In this document: piece by piece, positions 18,276-26,360 of the stretch
How positions within the stretch are numbered: the stretch's first letter is position 1
How the letters are laid out: each line of letters opens with the position of its first letter
Assembly (NCBI RefSeq): GCF_003428155.1
Contig: NZ_QLIR01000001.1
Location: 60,001-92,000, forward strand
Length of the DNA: 32,000 nucleotides
Source: Fastidiosibacter lacustris
GTDB lineage: Bacteria > Pseudomonadota > Gammaproteobacteria > Francisellales > Francisellaceae
Direction of reading: 5' to 3'
Position numbers and translations under genes: made by a program
The notes under the pieces: model-generated
What the model was told of the DNA's origin: nothing
What the model saw: only the letters and a program-made list of their open reading frames with translations
Databases searched by the model: none

Positions 18276-19418
18276 TTGGCTGAAGCTTATCAAATGTGTA
18301 TCCAATGTGTCATGGATACAAGTGACCCCCATATCATTTTTGATGAAAATGGTGTTTGTAATCATTGTCATGAGTTTGAAGAAATCACTTCAAAGCGTTG
18401 GTTTCCTAATGAAGTAGGTCAAAAGCTTTTGGAATCTATCATAGAGCAAATAAAAAAAGATGGTCAAGGTAAAGAGTATGATTGTATTATTGGGTTAAGT
18501 GGTGGAGTCGATAGTTCATATTTGGCTTTAAAGATTAAAGATTACGGTTTGAGACCTTTAGTTATTCATGTTGATGCTGGGTGGAATAGTGAATTAGCAG
18601 TGTGGAATATCGAGCAAATTGTGAAATATTGTGGCTATGAGTTACATACTAGAGTAATAGATTGGCAGGAAATAAAAGATTTACAGGTTGCTTATTTAAA
18701 GTCAGGAGTTGCAAATCAAGATGTTGTGCAAGATCACGCATTCTTTGCCTCTCTTTATCATTACACAACAAAGAATAAAATTAAGTATGTGATTAGTGGT
18801 GGTAATATTGCAACTGAGTCAGTTTTTCCCGAAAGTTGGCACCATTCAGCCATGGATGCAATAAATTTAAGAGCCATACACAAAAAATTTGGTCAATGCA
18901 AATTAAAAGATTATGAAACGATTTCATTTTTTCAGTATTACTTTTATTACCCATTTGTTAAAAAGATGAAAACGATTAGACCGCTGAATTATATGAACTA
19001 TGATAAAGTGCATGCATTGCAAGAGCTTAAAGCGGTTGTTGGCTACAAAGAGTATGGTAGAAAACATGGAGAATCTAGATTTACCAAATTTTTTCAAAAC
19101 CATTACTTACCAACTAAGTTTAATATAGATAAACGTAGAGCACATTTATCAAGCGAAATTCTTTCTGGGTTGATTACGCGTGACCAAGCACTTATTGAGT
19201 TAGAAAAACCGCTATATGATGCAATCGAATTAAAGGAGGATTTTGCTTATATTGCGAAAAAACTTGGCATATCTATTGAAAACCTGATGGAAGTAACGCA
19301 ATCAACTGGTCATAGCTATCAGGAATATAAAAATTGGGATCATTTGCAAAAGTTGGCTAAGCATATTCAACGAGTGGTTGAAAAAATCACCAATAAAAAT
19401 GTTAAGATTTACAGTTAA
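18276..19418 (+). CDS. wbpG: N-acetyl-sugar amidotransferase (WbpG/WbuX/PseA family, PP-loop ATP pyrophosphatase)
   Basis: It has an N-terminal zinc ribbon CIQC-X17-CNHC and the PP-loop GLSGGVDSS, and sits immediately downstream of hisH/hisF as in the P. aeruginosa O5 wbp cluster. The TTG at 18276 has an AGGAG upstream; the ATG at 18294 is an alternative start. Confidence 0.85.
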   Translation: MAEAYQMCIQCVMDTSDPHIIFDENGVCNHCHEFEEITSKRWFPNEVGQKLLESIIEQIKKDGQGKEYDCIIGLSGGVDSSYLALKIKDYGLRPLVIHVDAGWNSELAVWNIEQIVKYCGYELHTRVIDWQEIKDLQVAYLKSGVANQDVVQDHAFFASLYHYTTKNKIKYVISGGNIATESVFPESWHHSAMDAINLRAIHKKFGQCKLKDYETISFFQYYFYYPFVKKMKTIRPLNYMNYDKVHALQELKAVVGYKEYGRKHGESRFTKFFQNHYLPTKFNIDKRRAHLSSEILSGLITRDQALIELEKPLYDAIELKEDFAYIAKKLGISIENLMEVTQSTGHSYQEYKNWDHLQKLAKHIQRVVEKITNKNVKIYS

Positions 19419-19441
19419 TTTTTTGTTATGGAGTATACCTT

Positions 19442-20542
19442 GTGATTAAAGTTGCACATTTAACGTCTGTCCACTCTCGATATGATGTCAGAGTTTTTTT
19501 AAAAGAGTGTGTATCTCTTGCAAAAAAATATAACGTTTCTTTGGTAGTTGCAGACAGCAAAGGTGATGAAGTAAAAAATGCTGTCAACATTTATGATGTG
19601 GGTAAACTTCACGGGCGTGTTAATCGTATTTTTAAAACAACGAAAAAAGTATTGAAAAAAGCCTTGGAGTTGGATGCTGATATCTATCACTTGCATGACC
19701 CTGAGTTATTGCTTATTGCAAAAAAACTGAAAAAAGCGGGTAAAAAGGTGATTTTTGATGCGCATGAAGATCTTCCTGCACAGCTATTGTCAAAGCCATA
19801 TCTAACGGTTTGGAAAGCGCGGTTGCTTTCATATATGGCAGCTAAGTATGAGAAAATGGTATGTTCAAAGACTGATGGAGTAGTAGCTGCAACTCCATTT
19901 ATTAGAGATAAGTTCCTAAAAATAAATAAAAAAACAGTAGATATTAATAATTATCCTATTTTGGATGAAGTTGGACAGTTGATTAATTGGAATTTAAAAG
20001 ATGGTAGTTTTTGTTATGTTGGAGGGGTATCTAAAGTAAGAGGGATAGTAGAAATTATTCAAGCGGTAAATTTATCACGGTTATCTAAAGCTTATATTGT
20101 AGGTGGTTTTGAAAGCCCAAAATTTGAACAGGAAGTTAGGAAGGGATTGTCGAAGAAAATCGAACTTATTGGGTGGCTTTGCAGAGAAGGAGTCAGGGAA
20201 GTTTATGAAAAAAGTATCGCAGGTTTTGTTACTTTGCATCCAATAATTAATTACGTAGATGCATTACCAGTCAAAATGTTTGAATATATGTCAGCTGGAA
20301 TTCCGGTTATTGCCTCTAATTTTGCTTTATGGAGAGAGATTATTGAGGGTAATAATTGTGGGATTTGTGTTGACCCGATGAAACCAGAAGAAATTGTCCA
20401 AGCAATCAATTTCTTAATTGCAAATTTAGATAAAGCAGAAGAAATGGGTAATAATGGCAGAATAGCTATCGAAGAAAAATATAATTGGGGAAATGAGTCA
20501 GAAAAATTGTTAAAGTTTTATAAGAGTATTGAGTTAGGATAA
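19442..20542 (+). CDS. GT4-family (GT-B) glycosyltransferase
   Basis: 366 aa. It has an N-terminal KVAHLTSVH region and the C-terminal EX7E-type motif region PVKMFEYMSAGIPVIAS. The GTG start is preceded by GGAG. Confidence 0.8.
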   Translation: MIKVAHLTSVHSRYDVRVFLKECVSLAKKYNVSLVVADSKGDEVKNAVNIYDVGKLHGRVNRIFKTTKKVLKKALELDADIYHLHDPELLLIAKKLKKAGKKVIFDAHEDLPAQLLSKPYLTVWKARLLSYMAAKYEKMVCSKTDGVVAATPFIRDKFLKINKKTVDINNYPILDEVGQLINWNLKDGSFCYVGGVSKVRGIVEIIQAVNLSRLSKAYIVGGFESPKFEQEVRKGLSKKIELIGWLCREGVREVYEKSIAGFVTLHPIINYVDALPVKMFEYMSAGIPVIASNFALWREIIEGNNCGICVDPMKPEEIVQAINFLIANLDKAEEMGNNGRIAIEEKYNWGNESEKLLKFYKSIELG

Positions 20543-20665
20543 AAATTGTAGTGGCTTAGTTATACGTCTACAGTTTGTGAACGTAGCATTAGTATCAAAA
20601 TTTTAGTAAAAATGAAAAACTGAAAGATAAAGAGTTGTTTCTGAAAAGTTAGTTTTGGAGTATCT

Positions 20666-22489
20666 ATGTGCGGAATTTTTGGTGTTATTTCAACATCAGT
20701 TGTAAATAAGAGTGATTTTGAGAAATTAGCTAAGCATGCTGAACAACGCGGTATGGACTCTAGTGGGATAATTTGTTATGAGTATGGTCATTATAAGATT
20801 AAGCGAGCTGACTATGCTGTTGAAAAGTTGATTCGTAAAGTGAAGCTCAATGGTGCATCCTTGGCTATGGGTCATAGCCGACTCATTACAAATGGTCTAT
20901 CTGACAACCAGCCAGTTGTGCGTGGAAATATTATGGCAATCCACAATGGGATTATTGTTAACGATGAAGAGGTTTGGCATGAGCTTTCAATTGCTAGAAG
21001 CCTCAAGATAGATTCAGAGGTTCTCGTAGCAATTGCTGAAGAACATCTTTTAAATGGAGGTGCAGTCGAAGCTATTCCGGGAAAAATATTGAGTCTTTGT
21101 AAAGGAGTTATTGCATGTGCACTTGTGTTGGTAGAACATGGTAAGCTTATTTTATTTTCCAATAATGGCAGTTTATACATTGGGGAAAAAGGCAAAGATA
21201 TTTATTTTTCTTCAGAAAGCTTTCCCTTGAGAGAGACTGGCTGTAATAATATCAAACAGGTAAAATCTGCTGTTTGTATTGATATCCCAAAATCTCATGA
21301 GTCTCCCAAAATTCTCGATGAGAATATTCGCCAACATAATGTAATTCCCACACTTATTACAAATGTTGAAGAGGAAGCACTTTTACAGTATGAGACTCCT
21401 GAATTAAAAAGATGTAGTAAGTGTATTTTGCCTGAAACGATGCCATTTATTCATTTTGACTCAGAGGGTGTATGTAATTATTGTCATGATTATAAAATAC
21501 GGAATAAACCACGTCCAAAAGAAGAACTGTTTAAGATTGTAGAGCCTTATCGCCGTGCGCATGGAAATGATTGTATTGTTCCTTTTTCAGGAGGAAGAGA
21601 TAGTTGTTATGGTCTTCACTTAATTGTAAATGAGCTTAAAATGAAACCAGTTACTTACACCTATGACTGGGGGATGGTGACTGATCTAGGAAGGCGAAAC
21701 ATCAGTAGAATGTGTGCAGAACTTGGTGTTGAAAATATTATTGTTGCTGCTGATATTGATAAGAAACGTAAGAATATTGCTATGAATTTAAAGGCATGGT
21801 TAAAGTCTCCTCATCTTGGGATGATTAGTATATTAACAGCGGGAGATAAACATTTTTTTAAATATGTTGAGTCAGTTAAACAGCAGACTGGGATCAATTT
21901 AAATTTATGGGGGGTGAATCCTTTAGAGGTTACACACTTTAAATCGGGTTTTCTTGGCGTTAAGCCTGATTTTGAGGAAAAGCGAGTTTATTCGCATGGT
22001 ATGATAAAACAGTTGCGTTATCAGTCTTTACGTTTACGAGCCATGCTCAAAAGTCCAGGGTATTTTAATAGCTCACTATGGGATACACTTTTGGGGGAGT
22101 ATTACAGAAGTTTCACCGAGAAAAAAGATTATTTTCATATATTTGATTATTGGCGTTGGGATGAAAAAATCATTGATGAAACCTTAATGTCCTGTTACGA
22201 CTGGGAAAAAGCAGTAGATACAAATACAACCTGGCGTATTGGCGATGGAACAGCGGCTTTTTATAATTATGTTTACTATACGGTTGCGGGATTTACAGAG
22301 CATGACACTTTTAGAAGTAATCAAATCCGCGAAGGTGAAATTTCACGAGAGCGTGCATTGCAGTTAGTTAAAGATGAGAATAGACCTCGTTATTCAAATA
22401 TTCGTTGGTATCTTGATGTTTTAGGTATGGACTTTAAAGAAGTTATAAAAGTGGTGAATTCAATACAAAAATTATATAAGGTAAAATAA
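20666..22489 (+). CDS. Fusion protein: class-II (Ntn) glutamine amidotransferase domain + WbpG/WbuX-type N-acetyl-sugar amidotransferase domain
   Basis: Residues 1-~200 carry MCGIFG (nucleophile Cys2), GHSRLITNG, IHNGIIVND and DSEVL, which are GATase-II motifs. From residue 250 there is CSKC-X16-CNYC plus the PP-loop PFSGGRDSC, colinear with the ORF at 18276..19418. Confidence 0.8.
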   Translation: MCGIFGVISTSVVNKSDFEKLAKHAEQRGMDSSGIICYEYGHYKIKRADYAVEKLIRKVKLNGASLAMGHSRLITNGLSDNQPVVRGNIMAIHNGIIVNDEEVWHELSIARSLKIDSEVLVAIAEEHLLNGGAVEAIPGKILSLCKGVIACALVLVEHGKLILFSNNGSLYIGEKGKDIYFSSESFPLRETGCNNIKQVKSAVCIDIPKSHESPKILDENIRQHNVIPTLITNVEEEALLQYETPELKRCSKCILPETMPFIHFDSEGVCNYCHDYKIRNKPRPKEELFKIVEPYRRAHGNDCIVPFSGGRDSCYGLHLIVNELKMKPVTYTYDWGMVTDLGRRNISRMCAELGVENIIVAADIDKKRKNIAMNLKAWLKSPHLGMISILTAGDKHFFKYVESVKQQTGINLNLWGVNPLEVTHFKSGFLGVKPDFEEKRVYSHGMIKQLRYQSLRLRAMLKSPGYFNSSLWDTLLGEYYRSFTEKKDYFHIFDYWRWDEKIIDETLMSCYDWEKAVDTNTTWRIGDGTAAFYNYVYYTVAGFTEHDTFRSNQIREGEISRERALQLVKDENRPRYSNIRWYLDVLGMDFKEVIKVVNSIQKLYKVK

Positions 22490-22490
22490 A

Positions 22491-23726
22491 GTGAACGTTT
22501 GGTACATCTCTAAATACGCAACTATTCCTAAGTATGGCAGGTTAGCGCGAACTTTTCTGTTGTCAAAAGAGTTTGCTGAAAAAGGAAATAAAGTGTTTTT
22601 AATTACCTCAGATGCTAATCATTTAGCGCAATATCCAGAAACTGAAAAAGTTTATAATTTTGAGCATATACAAGGTATTGATGTTTGTTGGATAAAAACC
22701 AAAAAATATAAAAAAACAGCCTCACTTTCCCGCATACTGAGCTGGCTGGACTTTGAAATAAAATTGTTTAGATTAAAAAAAAATAACCTAGATAGCCCTA
22801 ATATTGTACTTGTCTCATCTTTATCTATATTCACGGTGATCTATGGTTTTTATTTGAAAAAAAAGTATAAAGTTCCATTAGTTTTTGAAGTGCGGGATAT
22901 ATGGCCATTAACGATGACAGAAGAGGGCGGTTTCTCTAAGTGGCACCCGCTTGTTAAGATAATTGGCTGGATTGAGAAATTTGGCTATAAGCATGCTGAT
23001 CTTATTGTGGGGACAATGCCTAAACTGGATAAGCATGTTGAAGAAGTTTTAGGGTATAAACGCCCTTATTTTTGTTCCCCGTTAGGATTTGATAAAAAAA
23101 GTTATGATTATGATAGATTGAATGATTATGAAAATATGTATTTTGCACAGCTCCCCAAAAAGAAAACAATTATTGGCTATGCGGGGAGCATGGGAGTAAC
23201 AAATAATTTAGAGCCTTTGATTAAAACAATAAAGCTTTTGAAAAATAATGGGGATATGTTTTTTGCGCTTGTAGGTTATGGGGATTTGAAAGAGCAGTTT
23301 GAAAAAGAGCTTAAAGGTTGTGATAATGTTATCTTTGTTGGTAGACTGCCTCAGGAACAAGTTAAATTTTTTCTAGCTAAATGTGATTTGGTATATCTGT
23401 CAACGATACCATCTAAAATTTGGTCATATGGTCAGTCGATGAACAAGGTGGTTGAGTATATGCTTGCAGCTAAGCCAATCTTGGCCTCATACTCGGGTTA
23501 CCAATCGATGATAAATGAAGCAAACTGCGGATATTTTATTAAAACAGATGATCCTGAAAGGTTGAAGCAAGAAATTTTAAAATTTTGCGAGCTAACTGAG
23601 GGAGAAAAGTCCAAAATGGGTGAGAGGGGGAGAAAGTGGATTCTGGAGCATCGGTCTTATGATAAGCTTGCAAGTGAGTATCTAGAGCAACTTGAAAGGT
23701 TAGTTCAAAAAAAGAAATTAGGATAG
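22491..23726 (+). CDS. GT4-family glycosyltransferase (WbuB-like)
   Basis: 411 aa. It has the N-terminal [10 protein letters not shown], the [10 protein letters not shown] motif characteristic of WbuB-type GT4 enzymes, and the C-terminal region [16 protein letters not shown]. The GTG start is 1 nt after the preceding stop. Confidence 0.75.
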   Translation: MNVWYISKYATIPKYGRLARTFLLSKEFAEKGNKVFLITSDANHLAQYPETEKVYNFEHIQGIDVCWIKTKKYKKTASLSRILSWLDFEIKLFRLKKNNLDSPNIVLVSSLSIFTVIYGFYLKKKYKVPLVFEVRDIWPLTMTEEGGFSKWHPLVKIIGWIEKFGYKHADLIVGTMPKLDKHVEEVLGYKRPYFCSPLGFDKKSYDYDRLNDYENMYFAQLPKKKTIIGYAGSMGVTNNLEPLIKTIKLLKNNGDMFFALVGYGDLKEQFEKELKGCDNVIFVGRLPQEQVKFFLAKCDLVYLSTIPSKIWSYGQSMNKVVEYMLAAKPILASYSGYQSMINEANCGYFIKTDDPERLKQEILKFCELTEGEKSKMGERGRKWILEHRSYDKLASEYLEQLERLVQKKKLG

Positions 23727-23812
23727 ATGACTATGCAGGGTTCAATTATATCCTACTGCTACGGATTTTTTGCTTTGGTCAGTGCATTGTTCCGTTATCA
23801 ATATGTACAAGA

Positions 23813-24436
23813 ATGAGGTCAATTAGAGAAGTGAAGGTCTTGTCAGATAAAATATTTGCAGTTGTCATTCTAGCTATTTTTTTTCCAATTATCTTGATAG
23901 TGGGTGTCTTAATTAAAGTCAAGTTAGGATCACCGATTTTTTTCAAACAAAAGCGCCCAGGAAAAGATGGCAAAATATTCACAATTTATAAATTTCGCAC
24001 AATGAATAATAACACTGATAAATATGGTGAATTACTTGCAGATGAACAAAGGCTAACTAAGTTTGGTAAGTTTTTAAGAAGTACAAGTTTAGATGAATTG
24101 CCACAGTTATTTAATGTACTCAAGGGGGATATGAGTTTTGTGGGACCTCGAGCTTTATTAGTTGAATATTTGCCTTTATATAGTAATAGACAAGCTAAAA
24201 GGCATATAGTAAAGCCTGGGATTACCGGTTGGGCGCAAGTAAATGGGCGTAATGCAATTAGTTGGGAGGATAAATTTGAGTTGGATGTCTGGTATGTCGA
24301 GAACAGAACTTTTTGGCTTGATATGAAAATATTGTGGATGACTTTTATCAAGGTCATAAGGCGTACTGACGTAAATAATGAATCTCATGTAACAATGTAT
24401 AAATTTTCAGGTTCAAAAAATCATGGGCAAGACTAA
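23813..24436 (+). CDS. Small monotopic phosphoglycosyl transferase (PglC/WbaP-C-terminal 'bacterial sugar transferase' family), the initiating enzyme
   Basis: 207 aa with a single N-terminal re-entrant helix ([21 protein letters not shown]). It has the KQKRPG...FTIYKFRTM motif, the catalytic DE dyad in [23 protein letters not shown], and [13 protein letters not shown]. Confidence 0.88.
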   Translation: MRSIREVKVLSDKIFAVVILAIFFPIILIVGVLIKVKLGSPIFFKQKRPGKDGKIFTIYKFRTMNNNTDKYGELLADEQRLTKFGKFLRSTSLDELPQLFNVLKGDMSFVGPRALLVEYLPLYSNRQAKRHIVKPGITGWAQVNGRNAISWEDKFELDVWYVENRTFWLDMKILWMTFIKVIRRTDVNNESHVTMYKFSGSKNHGQD

Positions 24437-25055
24437 GAAAAAATTGTTAATAGTGGGTGCTGGCGGGCATGCCAAGGTTGTTGCAGATGCTGTCATAGCC
24501 CAAGGTGTATACTCCATTGAAGCCGTGATTCAAGATGTGAACATTCCAGCTGAGGGAAAAACGTTATTAGGATACAAGGTTTCCCATTCCTCGGAGCTAA
24601 AGGTCTTCCAGGCAGAATATTTCATTGTTGCAATTGGGGAGAATTTTATTAGAGCGGAGCAGTTTGTCAAATATAAGAAGCAAGACTATCTCCCCGCGAA
24701 TATTATTCATCCAAGTGCAATCATCTCTCCATCGGCTAAGATGGGCGAGGGGAATGTAATTATGGCTGGAGCCATCATCAACCCAGAGGCTAAAATTGGC
24801 TCGAACGTCATTATCAATACAAGAGTCGTTATAGAGCATGAAGTGGTCATTTCTGATCATTCACAACTATCGCCAGGATCAATTGTATGTGGAGGATGTA
24901 GTATAGGTAAAAAGGTTTATCTAGGTGCCAATTCAGTTATTCGTCAATGTCTTAGAATAGCAGATAATTCAATTATAGGTTGTGGAGCAAGTGTCATTAA
25001 CAATATTACAGAGTCTGGAGTATATGTTGGTGTTCCAGCTAAAATAAAGGTGTAG
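24423..25055 (+). CDS. PglD/NeuD-family sugar N-acetyltransferase (hexapeptide)
   Basis: It has an N-terminal Rossmann-like [13 protein letters not shown], a C-terminal LbH region ([31 protein letters not shown]) and a GVPAK tail. It overlaps the upstream gene by 14 nt. Confidence 0.8.
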   Translation: MGKTKKKLLIVGAGGHAKVVADAVIAQGVYSIEAVIQDVNIPAEGKTLLGYKVSHSSELKVFQAEYFIVAIGENFIRAEQFVKYKKQDYLPANIIHPSAIISPSAKMGEGNVIMAGAIINPEAKIGSNVIINTRVVIEHEVVISDHSQLSPGSIVCGGCSIGKKVYLGANSVIRQCLRIADNSIIGCGASVINNITESGVYVGVPAKIKV

Positions 25056-25133
25056 AGGATTTAAAACCCTTGTTGTATACTCACTTCTCTTATAGAGAAA
25101 GCACGTCATTTGAAGTTTATAGAGGATAATTAA

Positions 25134-26303
25134 ATGGCAATAAACAACACATGGCCATATTTTGCAGAAGATGAAATTTTAGCAGTTGAACAGGTTTTAA
25201 AACGTGGTAGGGTAAATTACTGGACTGGAGATGAATGTAAACTATTTGAGAAAGAGTTTGCTGCATTTATTGGTACTGATTATGCCATTTCGTTGTCGAA
25301 TGGAACCGTAAGTTTAGAATTAGCACTACGAGCTTGTAATATTAGTGAAGGTGATGAGGTAATTACAACACCGAGAACATTTATTGCTTCAGCAAGCGCT
25401 ATTGTTGCCGTTGGTGCAACTCCTGTTTTAGCGGATGTTGACCCTTACACTGGGAACATCACAGCAGAGAATATTTTAACCAAAATAACCAAGAAGACAC
25501 GAGCGATTATTCCTGTCCACCTTGCTGGCTACCCATGTGAAATGGATAAAATTATGCAGCTTGCGACCGAATATAAGCTTTATGTTGTTGAGGATTGTGC
25601 GCAAGCGCATGGTGCTGAGTATAAAGGCAAAAAGGTTGGAGCCTGGGGACACTTCGGTTCTTTCTCCTTCTGTCAGGATAAAATTATGACCACTGGAGGG
25701 GAGGGTGGTATGTTAGTGTGTTATGATCCTGAGTTATATAAAAAGGCTTGGAGTTATAAAGATCATGGCAAAGGTTATGACGCTGTTTTTCATACCAAGC
25801 ATGAGTATGGTTTTAGGTGGCTACATGATTCCTTTGGGACGAATATGCGGATGACAGAAATGCAGGCAACCATAGGGCGTAAGCAGTTAGAGAAATTACC
25901 AACCTGGCTTAAGCGGCGAAACAAAATTGCACGATGCTATAGTGAGGTGTTTAAAGATTTGCCAATTGTTGATGTTCCAACAGTTGAGGCAGGTGTATAT
26001 CACGCGTTTTATAAATATTATCTCCTATTAAATGAAACGCATGTAAGATCAGATTGGAGTAGAGATCGCATCATAATTGAAATCAATAAACTGGGTGTTG
26101 CCTGCTTTAGTGGCAGCTGTTCTGAAATTTATAAGGAAAAAGCTTTTCTTACAAGTGAGTATGCAGTCAGTGAACCCTTATATGAGACGAAACGAATAGG
26201 GAATCGAAGCCTTATGTTATTATGTCATCCAACATTATCTAATGATGATATTAATCATATTGCTAGCACAGTTGCTCAAGTGTTAAAGATGGCAAGTATC
26301 TAG
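25134..26303 (+). CDS. DegT-family PLP aminotransferase, PglE-like (4-keto-6-deoxy-HexNAc transaminase)
   Basis: It has the motifs SNGTVSLELAL and EDCAQAHGA and the PLP-lysine context FSFCQDKIMTTGGEGGM. It is flanked by PglD-like and PglF-like genes. Confidence 0.8.
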   Translation: MAINNTWPYFAEDEILAVEQVLKRGRVNYWTGDECKLFEKEFAAFIGTDYAISLSNGTVSLELALRACNISEGDEVITTPRTFIASASAIVAVGATPVLADVDPYTGNITAENILTKITKKTRAIIPVHLAGYPCEMDKIMQLATEYKLYVVEDCAQAHGAEYKGKKVGAWGHFGSFSFCQDKIMTTGGEGGMLVCYDPELYKKAWSYKDHGKGYDAVFHTKHEYGFRWLHDSFGTNMRMTEMQATIGRKQLEKLPTWLKRRNKIARCYSEVFKDLPIVDVPTVEAGVYHAFYKYYLLLNETHVRSDWSRDRIIIEINKLGVACFSGSCSEIYKEKAFLTSEYAVSEPLYETKRIGNRSLMLLCHPTLSNDDINHIASTVAQVLKMASI

Positions 26304-26360
26304 TTATTTAGGATGCACAACTTGGTGCTGACTTGATATGGTTTTAGAGAATAATAAGTT

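Noticed and set aside
20666-22489. Calling the 607-aa ORF a plain asparagine synthetase (AsnB/WbpS-like)
   Set aside because: The N-terminal glutaminase domain fits. However, the C-terminal part has the CxxC...CxxC zinc ribbon plus SGGRDS layout shared with the WbpG/WbuX-type ORF at 18276..19418, rather than what I recognise as an AsnB synthetase domain. This needs HMM confirmation.
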